A DNA stretch of 63,559 nt, counting the filler, from Babesia bigemina (taxonomy: Eukaryota), in the NCBI RefSeq assembly GCF_000981445.1. It is 9 parts of 9 records of this genome, joined end to end, with 100 filler letters (N's around TTAATTAATTAA, not from the genome) between each part and the next. Parts side by side here need not be neighbours in the genome. Positions count along the whole stretch, not along the records: positions 16,266 to 38,497 come from NW_012237016.1; positions 38,598 to 42,345 come from NW_012237017.1; 7 more parts are not named here. One strand, 5' to 3'. The notes beneath the pieces were generated by a model. The model was not told the origin of the DNA. It made no database searches and saw only the letters and a list, made by a program, of their open reading frames with translations. Shown here in pieces: positions 30,901-41,755 of this stretch. The first letter of the stretch is position 1; each line of letters begins with the position of its first letter. Position numbers and translations under genes: made by a program.

Positions 30901-33900
30901 TGTAAAATGCATTCTCAATCTGGACCTGATATTTACTGTGTATTTCGTCGATGATATCATGTGCTTCAGTTTTCGCACATTCAAATGCTGAATCCACTGA
31001 TTTCTTGAGTTGGATTAGTATAGTGTCGTGCAGATTTCTCACATATTCAACGATCTTTTGTAAACCGTATACGCTTCTATGTTCAATCTGAATTAGAGTG
31101 GTATCGTCTTTACCAATCAATTCATTAATTTGAGTCAATTTCTGTTTTAGACCATCATCTACGCCCGGCGACTGAACGGCATTTTTGTCAGCCAATTTTG
31201 AAATTTCTTTGCAAAAAAAGGCAAACTTTTTTTCTGCATCCTCCATAATTGCATTGAATGTCACACGGTTTGGGAGGTTGCTTAACTGCTCATCGACCTC
31301 TATCTTTATTTTCTGGATTGCCTTCTCAAGTGCACCCGTCTTTGCGCCAGTTTGACTAACGTGTGTCTTATAATTAGTAAAAGTTGAGGCGCGGTTTAAC
31401 GCAATTTTGCCATATCCTGGCAACTGCGTTTTAAGCGCATTGTCTAACGTATCATTCTTAATAGCGGACTTTAGAGTTGCATTTGTTTTCTTGAAGTCTT
31501 GCATGAATGTCTCCGTAGTATGAAGCGTTGTCTCACCGGAATCTCCAGGAATGTGTGATTTAACTTTTTCTTCAATATCCTGAATGTGCTTAGCAAGATC
31601 GGAGGTTTGTAAACTCACAGGGTCAGATATTGCAAGCTGTGTCACTTCACCGGACGCTTTATGGAGGTTTGCGTAGAGCTTTTCCACAGTTCTAAAACCC
31701 TCATCCACGTTGGCAATTTTCGATGCATCAGAATCGTCGTCATAACCGGTGAACGATTTGAGTTGTTCGCCTATCTGCTTAGCACTGGAATAGAGGGCTG
31801 AGAGCGTGGAAAGTACTACGCTTCGTAGAATATACTTATTAGTGTGACCCTTCTTAATTGAATGCTCAACTTTTTTTTCAATCTCAGTTACCATCTTCCA
31901 GACGAACTTGCTTGAATCAGTTGACTTAATATCATCTGTCGTTTTGATTTTGCTGCTCAGCTCATCGGCAAATGTTCGAAATACAGTTTGAACGGCATTC
32001 GTGTTTCCATTTATACCGCCTTTTCCTAGCGCCTGGGTGAATTTTTCCGTAGCCTTTTGAATGACGCCAACTTTAAGATTATCCGTAATTACCGATGCGA
32101 TTTCCGCAATCGTCTCCGAATTAAATTCATTTTTCTTATTCTCCAATTTACTCTCATTGAAACTACTACGGTCGTAAGCAATGTATTCCTTGATGTCCTC
32201 CGTAACGGGTTGACTTCCCAAAATCGTTTGGATCCAACCCTTCACTATACCCTCGAACCCCTCCGACTCTTTAAACTTTTTAACATACTGCTCCGTCACA
32301 TAAGTGACAAACCCATGTAGACCTTGATCTTTATTCTGCCCCTTAATACTATCAACGTCTTCCTTAATTTTTTTAATGATATTATCTTTAACATGCTTCT
32401 TAACACCGTCCACTATTTCACTTCTTAACGCCAACAGTCCCGTCTGAACATTTTCCTCTAGCTTAGTAATGGCTTCAAATCCGTTCTTAAAATCTTGTAA
32501 TTTTCTTCCAATTTCATCCTTCATCACGGCCAAATCTGTTTTTAGTGCGTCATTCATAGTGATTACCGCTGTATGTGCCTCCTTTACCAATCTTGTAACT
32601 TCATTCTTAGCAATTTGTGCAGCGACCAAAATTTCCTCAGCATTATCTTGTAACATTCTTACAGCATCTTCCACTTTACCTCTCTCTTTTTCATCAGACC
32701 CATTGTTTAGCATCTTTACAATCGCCGCAACTTTTTCTTGCGCCTCCTTAACGAACAAATCCGCCGCTGAAATAAACGTTTTTAGTTCCTCATGAAGACT
32801 ATCAACGAAGGTAATAATACCATCGATTTCAGTCTTAACTTGACTCTTCACATCATTTACAACTTCAGTGATCATTTGTTTATGTCCCACTTTTTTGTCT
32901 TTCAACGCCTTCAACAATGTGAACTTCTGAGTGACCAACTGGTAAATCGTTTGATGGTCGTCATTTTTTGACAAATCTTCAAATTTTGTTACCGCCTGTT
33001 TTACCAATTTTACGGAACATTCTAATTTACATTTTAATGTTTCATCAAGTTTTTCATACGTTGAGTCCGCTCCATTGTACGCCGTTCTGCGGAGCTCATC
33101 AAAGGCGCCAGTGAACGATTGGAGATCGACATTAAATCTCTCCCCAAGTACAGGAATTTTCATTTTCAGGTTTTCTATTGCATTATGAAACTTCAAAAAA
33201 AATGCCGTGAACGCGTTAGTTGTTGACCTGTAATTTCCTTCATACCCCTCCAACCACCCCTTCACCGCGTCGACAGACGCCGCAAGCCCTTTACGCCCGG
33301 AGCCAATATTTTTATTTAAGTCACTAATAAGTTTGTTGATGTCATTACCATCTTTTTTGTCATAAGTTATCACTTCATTTTCGTTTTTCACCGCCTCAAG
33401 CACTCCACTCAAAAATCCCATCACCCCGTCACACAGCCTGTCCAAGTCAGAGTACACAATCCCAGAGCCAGTGCAGCCTTTGGTCTCAGAGTTGAAGCCG
33501 AGGAAAGTCTGAAGACCGTCACATAAATTATCTAAAAGATTTTTAGGATCATCAGAGTTATTGTTTTCAGTAAATATGCTAAGCTTATTAGTAAGATCTT
33601 TAAGTTGTTTCTGACGCTCTTCAATGTCATTCAAAGCTTTCTTAGTAGCAGAGTCCTGATTACGGGAGTGGGAATTTTTGCAGTCAGATACAATTTGTTT
33701 ATATAGGTCTAAATTACGATTATTTTCAGAGTTAACAGATTTTTCAGATTTTTTAAGTTCATCAATTTTCTTCTGGTAGAACTGGCAAGTGGACTCATTT
33801 CCCTTATACTTAACAGGGCATTCAAGTTTATCTTTTTCGGCTTGGAGGGACTTTTCAGCCTTCTCAATAGCCTCCTCAATCAACTTTTTCAAAGCTTGAG

Positions 33901-33997
33901 ACAACTTGGTAAGCCCTTCATCACCTTGACCATTCCCATACCTAACCTGGATCAACCAGTCGATGGACTCAGTCAGAAGGTGAGGGAAGGGTGGCAA
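27920..33997 (-). CDS. ves1: VESA1-like antigen, type B tail; no in-frame ATG before ESIDWLIQV
   Basis: 2025-aa frame opening at TTG; ESIDWLIQVRYG N-terminal motif; leader ATG 34031 is out of frame and stops after 20 codons. Confidence 0.87.
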   Translation of the reverse strand: MPPFPHLLTESIDWLIQVRYGNGQGDEGLTKLSQALKKLIEEAIEKAEKSLQAEKDKLECPVKYKGNESTCQFYQKKIDELKKSEKSVNSENNRNLDLYKQIVSDCKNSHSRNQDSATKKALNDIEERQKQLKDLTNKLSIFTENNNSDDPKNLLDNLCDGLQTFLGFNSETKGCTGSGIVYSDLDRLCDGVMGFLSGVLEAVKNENEVITYDKKDGNDINKLISDLNKNIGSGRKGLAASVDAVKGWLEGYEGNYRSTTNAFTAFFLKFHNAIENLKMKIPVLGERFNVDLQSFTGAFDELRRTAYNGADSTYEKLDETLKCKLECSVKLVKQAVTKFEDLSKNDDHQTIYQLVTQKFTLLKALKDKKVGHKQMITEVVNDVKSQVKTEIDGIITFVDSLHEELKTFISAADLFVKEAQEKVAAIVKMLNNGSDEKERGKVEDAVRMLQDNAEEILVAAQIAKNEVTRLVKEAHTAVITMNDALKTDLAVMKDEIGRKLQDFKNGFEAITKLEENVQTGLLALRSEIVDGVKKHVKDNIIKKIKEDVDSIKGQNKDQGLHGFVTYVTEQYVKKFKESEGFEGIVKGWIQTILGSQPVTEDIKEYIAYDRSSFNESKLENKKNEFNSETIAEIASVITDNLKVGVIQKATEKFTQALGKGGINGNTNAVQTVFRTFADELSSKIKTTDDIKSTDSSKFVWKMVTEIEKKVEHSIKKGHTNKYILRSVVLSTLSALYSSAKQIGEQLKSFTGYDDDSDASKIANVDEGFRTVEKLYANLHKASGEVTQLAISDPVSLQTSDLAKHIQDIEEKVKSHIPGDSGETTLHTTETFMQDFKKTNATLKSAIKNDTLDNALKTQLPGYGKIALNRASTFTNYKTHVSQTGAKTGALEKAIQKIKIEVDEQLSNLPNRVTFNAIMEDAEKKFAFFCKEISKLADKNAVQSPGVDDGLKQKLTQINELIGKDDTTLIQIEHRSVYGLQKIVEYVRNLHDTILIQLKKSVDSAFECAKTEAHDIIDEIHSKYQVQIENAFYRIESTTKALYTRTKMSELNGLQKIVETQHQAMITAIAFDYNNGVKGLMKRMKAEEHDLTHIMSLVAVQMKQHTSAKGDAQKFRDASDRYQTYVDRHLHYVSDQINVTTRRTSNQQSNSLPTPPTNSPPTDPASKLTKIKEDFDNLLEHLKNENQRKTYNYDHAFTEKLASLKDATNDLSPSTFANPRHPELLDAVRAGLQGFVKEMGRVYVNGYEGGFENVLLVYANTGNVTEEGKKCAKIFLTVLSLLRSKLYDLYMKCSPTFRGEWQNMNICLYDVDKKIKENGNPLGHWFQRRGYKVPKDKNTQDGELRNSVSLKGNEIIALCNNVISNVDPATITMLGKYANSKDKSVKLVNLLIVLHDSKLSDFYKVCHLNMRPNPKPPTTICQMLQWLPGLWFNPMFSKVTGYFTTLLTSLKDEYKLQADALDVAVTSNLKSEINTAINHKQLADTLRNVCLYSRDTLIAIVGHGHSDGRYACEYFMNVENLLYPSSPSACFDMLADIICRLYTQLCFLYKQCYNGRSRGGWEDCWYGKGIAGSAWHCNDYQCPNQECERKDRQTDDQNADQSGNQKCNQHSKCGIKSPLQSFLEDGLQGFLPHRLEKVGCGVKCSLSNHHGKPCLTPMGLADIGITASHTKTGAHLKEALRNFCGPISHLTKLCSIITCLIRRPPQTLGDMFAFYYHFINGWYETGKGERENHREIAFNLAVKAANFKIPETKLEIKSMFSSSSHATHAPGKLPKHNGDLLSLVACDSKTLPGLPCGRYLQPISNDIMVVYSKYHASHYLSWVVYITETFYDLLKKLYDECCQNCNRPGKRCYDKSCVKDCQVRFSYGYKKPTEDANPAGFENIKHEDSCGSIVKCRATHAAMYSAGFTFGSPFEMSGDDGRRKKRTCEDFCQALGFVVRPGNALYMLVNKTIPDFLWQIREKFFWTTVALWSLSLFYLMCVMVGRLDVLHIRSHLRIPSSHKITAQSLLAAAQVGRLAKISYLQP

Positions 33998-34059
33998 GGC
34001 AGAAGTTATTGGTATGGTTTAAGGAGGTCATAGCGGTAATATGACGAGGTGATTCGAGG

Positions 34060-35548
34060 GATGTAGAGTGGATCAAGGGGCGATGTAGAGTGGGTTAGGG
34101 AGCGATGTAGAGTGGATAAAGGGGCGATGGAGAGTGGATAAAGGGGCGATGTGGAGTGGGTAAAGGGGCGATGTAGAGTGGGTAGAGGAGCGATGTAGAG
34201 TGGGTAAAGGGGCGATGTAGAGTGGGTAAAGGGGCGATGTGGAGTGGGTAAGGGAGCGATGTAGAGTGGATAAGGGGCGATGTGGAGTGGGTAAGGGAGC
34301 GATGTAGAGTGGATAAGGGGCGATGTAGGGTGGGTAAAGGAGCGATGTGGAGTGGATAAAGGAACGATGTAGAGTGGGTTAGGGAGCGATGTAGAGTGGG
34401 TTATGGAGCGATGTGGAGTGTGTTAAGGGGCGATGTAAGGTGGATAAGGGAGCGATGTAAAGTGGGTTAAGGGGCGATGCAGAGTGGATAAAAAGGCAAT
34501 GTGGAGTGGATAAAGGAGCGATGTAGAGTGGGTTAGGGAGCGATGTAGAGTGGGTAAAGGAGCGATGGAGAGTGGGTTAGGGAGCGATGTAGGGTGGGTT
34601 AAGGGGCGATGTAGAGTGGGTAAGGGAGCGATGTAGAGTGGATAAAGGGGCGATGTAGAGTGGATAAAGGGGCGATGTAGAGTGGGTTAGGGAGCGATGT
34701 AGAGTGGGTTAAGGGGCGATGTGGAGTGGATTAGGGAGCGATGTAGAGTGGGTTAAGGGGCGATGTAGAGTGGACAAAGGAGCGATGTAGAGTGGGTAAG
34801 GGGGCGATGTAAAGTGGATTAGGGAGCGATGTAGAGTGGGTTAGGGAGCGATGTAGAGTGGGTTAGGGAGCGATGTGGAGTGGATAAAGGAGCGATGTAG
34901 AGTGGGTTAGGGAGCGATGTAGAGTGGGTTAGGGAGCGATGTAGAGTGGGTTAGGGAGCGATGAGGAGTGGGTTAAGGGGCGATGTGGAGTGGATAAAGG
35001 GGTGATGTAGAGTGGGTTAGGGAGCGATGTAGAGTGGGTTAGGGAGCGATGTGGAGTGGTTTAGGGAGCGATGTAGAGTGGATAAGGGAGCGATGTAGAG
35101 TGGTTAAAGGGGCGATGTAGAGTGGGTTAAGGGGCGATGTAGAGTGGGTTAGGGAGCGATGTAGAGTGGGTTAGGGAGCGATGAAGGGTGGATAAAGGAG
35201 CGATGTAGAGTGGGTTAGGGAGCGATGAAGGGTGGATAAAGGGGCGATGTAGAGTGGATTAAGGGGCGATGTAGAGTGGGTTAAGGGGCGATGTAGAGTG
35301 GATAAAGGGGCGATGTAGAGTGGGTAAAGGGGCGATGTAGAAGGGGTAAATGGGCGATGTGGAGTGGGTAAGGGAGCGATGTAGAGTGGGTTAAGGGGCG
35401 ATGTAGAGTGGATTAGGGAGCGATGTAGAGTGGATAAAGGGACGATGTAGAGTGGGTTAAGGGGCGATGTAGAGTGGATAGAGGGGCGATGTAGAGTGGA
35501 TAAAGGAGCGATGTAAGGTGGATTAAAAGGCGATGTAGAGTGGATAAT
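34060..35548. repeat. ~22-bp minisatellite
   Basis: Seen directly. Confidence 0.95.
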
Positions 35549-35564
35549 AATCACCACTTTGGTC

Positions 35565-35688
35565 ACCATGTCATCGCTGCCGTGACCATCAACTGTCATC
35601 GCTGCCGTAACCATCAACTGTCATCGCTGCCGTAACCATCAACTGTCATCGCTGCCGTAACCATCAACTGTCATCGCTGCCGTAACCA
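35565..35688. repeat. Longer (~25-bp) variant of the 20-bp repeat (CATCAACTGTCATCGCTGCCGTAAC)
   Basis: About 4-5 units sharing the CATCGCTGCCGT core. Confidence 0.85.
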
Positions 35689-35704
35689 CTAACTTGGTCA
35701 GCCG

Positions 35705-36105
35705 TTAGGTCAGCACGTTGCTTGGTTGCTAGCTTACCACGTTGCCTGGTTGCCAGCTTACCACTTTGCCTGGGTGCCAGCTTACCACTTTGCCTGGTTG
35801 CTAGGTTACCACTTTGCTTGTGTGCTAGCTTACCACTTTGCCTAGTCGCTAGGTTACCACTTTGCCTGGTTGCTAGCTTAGCACTTTGCCTGGGTGCCAG
35901 CTTAGCACTTAGCCTGCGTGCTAGGTTAGCACTTTGCCTGGGTGCTAGCTTAGCACTTTGCCTGGGTGCTAGCTTACCACTTTGCCTGGTTGCCAGCTTA
36001 CCACTTTGCCTGGTTGCTAGCTTACCACTTTGCCTGGGTGCCAGCTTAGCACTTAGCCTGCGTGCTAGGTTAGCACTTTGCCTGGGTGCTGGCTTAGCAC
36101 TTTGC
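35705..36105. repeat. 24-bp minisatellite
   Basis: Seen directly. Confidence 0.93.
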
Positions 36106-36249
36106 ATTGTCTATCACTCATCACCTAATTCATGTGCCATTTAGTTCACAGGTTGCCGCTAGAGTAATTCGAGACATTAGACTACGTTTGTCGGTTAGGT
36201 GAGTAGGTGATGCTAGGTGAGTTGCTGTGAATTACAGATGTGAATACAA

Positions 36250-38497
36250 TTACGGTTGCAGGTACGATATCTTGGCAAGTTTGCCGAGACGCGCTGCAGC
36301 CAACAATGATTGCGCGGCTATACGATGTGATGATGGTGAGTGCAGATGCGATTTGATGTGGAGCAGGTCGAGGCGGACGACCATGATGTGGAGGAGGTAC
36401 AACAGAGAGAGGAGCCAGAGGGCGAGCACAAGGTAGGAGAATGGTTGTCTAATGATCCAGAGGAATTCATCGCATTTTTCAAACAGCTTCCTGAAATATT
36501 CCGAATCGAGGACATTTTTCAATTGAGCTTGGAAGTTACGGCAATACCTTTTATTGTTTATGTCCAGCAAGCTAGTTGCATTACCGAATGTGAATCCGTA
36601 GTTGTAGAACGTGCTTAATACACCTCGGCATCCAACCAGTGAGTTGCATCTACAGCTGTTGCCTACACCGTGCTGACCCTTCTTACATGAGTCAGCTGGA
36701 ACACAACTAGGGCATCCCCAGTCTTTACAGGATATGTTGCAGAAGGCATCATATAGACAGTTAAGAAATCTATAAAGCGTCCATGGTGAGTAGATAGCCC
36801 ATGATAGATATGTAGCTGAATCCTTCTGCGCTAAGTAATAATAGTTATCACCGCAAAGTGACTTAAGATAAGGGGCACAGTATAGATGCTTGTTAGGTAA
36901 CACGCATGATTGCGTCATTGCCAGGCTTGACAAATCGGCTTTCGTTGCCTCATTATGTCGATCACCGTGAGCGCTTTCCCCGTCACCGTAAGCGTTACGA
37001 AGCGGAATTGTAAGTTTGCTGGTCTCATCGTATAGCTTAATAGAGCCTTTGGTGATGGAGGTTGCGAAGCTATCGGCAAATGTTACCACGCTATCAACTC
37101 GACGTGGCGACGCAGCACTAAGCCCCTTTGCAAGTGTCAATGCGAAACCGAAGTGTTCAGGCAGCGTAGATGGCGCCTTGGGAGATAAGCACAGCAGACG
37201 TGCAATATGAGAATTACTTAGAAGCTTGCTTATCACGTTGCATATGTCGTTTCCTGTTCTTACGCTGGATGAAAATTGCCTGAAGCCAAGCGGGGTCATG
37301 CAAGGCATTCCCAACTTAGAAGTCGTAGGGCAAGTGGCGCATTCGTATTTGCAGCCTAGTTTTGTTAATTGATGCGGCAAGTGACCGGGCAGGCAGTCGT
37401 TTAGGTACGACATTAAGGGGGACATTGGTTGACAATTTGGTTGGCACTTTGCCTGGCACGTTGCTTGGCAGCATGGTTGGTCTTTTGGTTGACACGTTGC
37501 TTTGCCGGTAGCATAATCCGTGCATTGCCACTTGGTCGTAGGGATATGCTTGCCGTACAGACACTCCCGCCAACCGTGATGTTTAGCGCTTTCTCGGCAT
37601 TTGCTGTGTAGGAACTGGAGCTGCGGAAGCAATCTGCGAAGGATGTCAGAAAGCATATCAAGGCAGTCCTCACCCGAGGTTGGATAGTGGAATTGCATCG
37701 AGTTATTTGAGAAGTCACTAGCGTAGAATGTGGCAGCGTCACCCGTGCCGAGGATGGTGGTCAGCAGATCGTAGGATTGCGAACAAACGTGAATGAGTGC
37801 GTTACGTGTATCCTCATACGTGATCGCCTGCGGATAAGCTTCTATCTTGGAAGAGCCCAAGTCAAATACGGGGGTACCATCAAAGTCGTCTGACGGCTTG
37901 TTTGAATCCTCAAACGGATCACTGAGAGCGCTTTGCAACAGCGTATCGTAAACCGCGTTGCACGGCAACCCAGACAACCAACATAGAATTTCGTATATGT
38001 TACATGGCCGTTTCTTGGCAGCGAACGTCGATATATGACAGACTTGGTAGTACGTTTCGAGGCAGTGGTGACATTGTTCAAGGTACCCCGCGCCACGTAC
38101 ATTGAATAGTTTCATCGCACTCGTCATGATAGATTCGCCTTTCTTAGTTCTGTTCAACTCAGCGTTCTGGTTATCTGCATTTTTCGGCACTATATAACCA
38201 CGTGTTTCAAAGAAGATTCCGAGCTTATTGGTTGTATTAATGGTTCTGAATCTCCAACCACCGTTACATCTCTCCTTCAGATGCGACAAATCGTTAAAGA
38301 GCGTTGAGAAAACTGTGAGACACACTTTTGCGCAGTTCTTCCCTTCCTCAGTCAAGTCATACTTCTCGTAAACCTTTCCGGGCTGAAGGACATTGTGTAA
38401 ATTCTTCCTCAGCTCACCTTCGAATTTCAGTCCCGAATACCTGTTGACATAAGAATAGCACAACTGAGAGCACAGCCCGTCCAACCCGGCACGTAAG
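36250..38497 (-). CDS. ves1: VESA1-like antigen, 3' part (5' cut by gap)
   Basis: 744-aa ORF closely similar to the distal half of 18360-23870 (SPLMSYLNDCLPGHLPHQL). Confidence 0.87.
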
Positions 38498-38650
38498 NNN
38501 NNNNNNNNNNNNNNNNNNNNNNNNNNNNNNNNNNNNNNNNNTTAATTAATTAANNNNNNNNNNNNNNNNNNNNNNNNNNNNNNNNNNNNNNNNNNNNGCA
38601 TATCGCTCGCTTGGCCAGAATGTCCCTATGCTACTGGTTCCACGTGAACC

Positions 38651-38854
38651 TCATGGAGATAAGTTTATATTCTCGTAAGATAAATGCTTCTTAGCTTCCT
38701 GAGGTTTATGTAGGCGGTGGTATGAGAGAAATTTCTGAATTGCTCCAACGATGGTCTTTAAGTTGTTCTCGCCATAAGTTCCCTTCAAAGCCACCAACCA
38801 GTCAATGCCCTCCTTGAGATTGTGAGGAGCTTCAGTCAACACATTGTACACCAT
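38651..38854 (-). pseudogene. Short ves-like N-terminal stub (MVYNVLTEAPHNLKEGIDWLVALKG)
   Basis: Recognisable ves-like start with an IDWL motif; stops after 67 codons, close to a contig end. Confidence 0.6.
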
Positions 38855-41230
38855 TTTGTGATGTGTCCTTAATTTGCGTTATTGAATACAGCAATGGATA
38901 TAACCCCCTAGTGTCTCAATGGCGCACCTTCATACGTTTGTGGATCCGCAAAATAATGCCACAAAGGCACGCCATGAACTCGATAAAGGACAATAGTTAT
39001 AGCACAGTCTCAACAACATAACTAAACAGATTTTCGAAGTACTCCAGTGTCTACATGATGGATGATTTGTTTCCTGGATGGTATTATCCCCTTCCAATGG
39101 TAGTGAACGTTACGGACAACCTGGAAGCTTTGGTTACGAATACGCCGTATGCAACACCTCTTCTAGACTTGAATGAAAAATACACACTGCGATAAACGAG
39201 TTTGATACCGGAGCATGCAGAGAATGATGATACCGATGGGATCGTCGGCAACACCTCATTCAACCGCTTGACAATGTCGGATCTCGATGTATCGTCTTAT
39301 ACGTTTTTGTGAAAAAGCATCAGACACAGCTTTAGCACGATTACTTTTCATACTGATAGCTGGGCATGCTCATAATACACGTTTCCTACACAACGCAGCA
39401 GTTAAGTTCGTATTCATAGCCACAGATGATCTATAATTAGAACCTCGAACAGTTCTTACTACAGTACGAGTTCCACTCGTGAAGATTACAGTTTGCAGCA
39501 CATATGAGAAGTATAACTACTTAGATGATATTTTGAGATCGATTTTTCTTATGTGTTCGGTGAATCGTAGTGTGTGGTGTACACGTACTTAATGTGCACT
39601 TCACCACCGAGGCAGGCCGCTAAATATGATGTTCTATTCCTCAGAACTTCATATATCACACACAAAGAGAAGTGTATTGTTCCGTGTCTCTGCTGCGGTA
39701 TCTAAGAGTTCCAACCCCCCAACTGGTACTACCATCTGCTTAAGTTGCCCTAGGTTGTCAAGTGGGACGTGATGAATTTCGGCATCTTGTGATGACTGGG
39801 AAATCGTTTGGCTGTTCATGTGGATGTTATAGAGTGATAAATGCATGCGTCACGTGCATTGTGGTAGTCCGTGTCATCTTTTACTTGGCTTGTAATCGAA
39901 AGCCTGCACCCAACAACTTCCATCATTATAAGTGATGATTGAAAGATCGCGACTTCAAGAAATCCTTCATAATATACCCTAGGCAGGCATGTGATTGTGT
40001 GGCCAACTATGAATGGTAATATAGCGGTTTAAGGCAAGTGGCACTCGAATCAACACATATCCACGGCAACCAAGTAGTAATGCAACATAACAGTACGATT
40101 GTGTGGAATTCAAACTGGATATGATTGTTTACGTATATATAAAATGGCTATTACTTTTGTCTTACATAATCAATATGCGATTTCCACTTCGCTGGTACGA
40201 TATACAAGCAGACAAACATAGGCCGTAATGCTGGCCATTAGGGCGTACGATTTCAACGCCACCACTGAACCACGTTTTGAATAGGCAACAGAGCTAGTTT
40301 GCACATACGACACTAATATGAAGTCGTGTCAGTCAGAAGCTTTACGTAGAGGCGTTCGGTACTAGATGAATATGTTATTGGATGACATGTGAAACGAAGC
40401 GGGGGAAATGAAACGGATGAATTTGATTACAACGATAAAGCTTGCCATTGACATAATCAAAACCCTTCAATAAAACACCAATGACCCGCAGTAACTAAAT
40501 GTGTGTAGACCATCACGCTGCAGTCACCGAGACTTCATTCAACAAACTATGCAAACCAACATATAGATACATACACAGGTAACTGGTATCGGTGTGTACA
40601 ATATATTTGTTTCATACTTTTCGTTCGATACGAATTCAGCCTTCCAGAGCAGTACCGACCTTATGTAATAGTTTCGTCGCCTTCCTGCCAAATTAGAAGC
40701 AACTAAATTGAATAATTACGCCATATTAAATATATGTTAACATTGTGTTTTTCGGTGTTTTTGTTGTCTAGTATATGCTTCAAACACTGGAGGCATAGCT
40801 CTCAGTGGATGGACACACTTGTATGGCTGGGCAAACAAAAACTAGATGGTAATGATTGCCGACGTGTACCCCTAAAATGGTGTATCTATCCCGAAATTCC
40901 ATCGGATAAAAATCAACTAATACTTATTCCTCATAAGACGACGCACCAAACCGGAGATGATAGTATAGCAATGAACCGTGTGAAATTGCTGTCAGATAAA
41001 CTAGTACACAGTAGAATACACTTCCAATATGACATTAAAGACAGTCATCAGTCATATCGGACGTGTAGGTCATCTGAAGTCGAAGACGCACATGAGTGTT
41101 GTTGACGCCACAAAGCTCGCTACGCGGTATGATATGCACAAACACATATCACTACATATAGGAGGTTAGTGTCTGATGTTTACATGCGGCATTCGTTCTT
41201 ATGTTGCACCTTTGCGATTAATGACGAAGG

Positions 41231-41755
41231 TTGATACACTTACGAGATAATTTTCGTCTAATAATTACTTCCTCAATGGCGTGTAGAGTCGTATTAATTG
41301 TTCGTATAACATCGCTTATGCAGCACATTAACATATGTTCAGATTGGACACGTGTTAAAGCGGACTGTACATACATGCACGACGAGAGTACGCTTAAACG
41401 TCAACTCTTTATGAGCCGGATTTATGGGCGTAAAGGCATTGATGGAAATCAAAGTATGCGTTTGAAACATGTCAGTGAAGAGTCGGACTGCGGATTCAGG
41501 ATTATAACTGCCGAGAACTACTTCACAGGAACCAGCTGGGTATCGTACGGCAACCTGGTTGGAATTGCGGACGAATTGGCCCGACAAGGGAAGCGATCGT
41601 TGTTGGTGCCATTAGATGTGATAATGCATTCTGATAACTACTCTCTGGAGCTAATAACAAAGAATGCCAAGTCAGTGAAACGACTGGAAAGGGTTGTCTT
41701 TTGCGCCCCAGACGATGCCACGTGGAACGCAGTCCATACCCTGTTGAAGTCATAG
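41231..41755 (+). CDS. Probable terminal exon of a hypothetical protein
   Basis: 174-aa frame; acceptor-like TGTTCAG ending at 41342 precedes the protein-like part; 40734-41105 may contain another exon. Confidence 0.45.
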   Translation: MIHLRDNFRLIITSSMACRVVLIVRITSLMQHINICSDWTRVKADCTYMHDESTLKRQLFMSRIYGRKGIDGNQSMRLKHVSEESDCGFRIITAENYFTGTSWVSYGNLVGIADELARQGKRSLLVPLDVIMHSDNYSLELITKNAKSVKRLERVVFCAPDDATWNAVHTLLKS

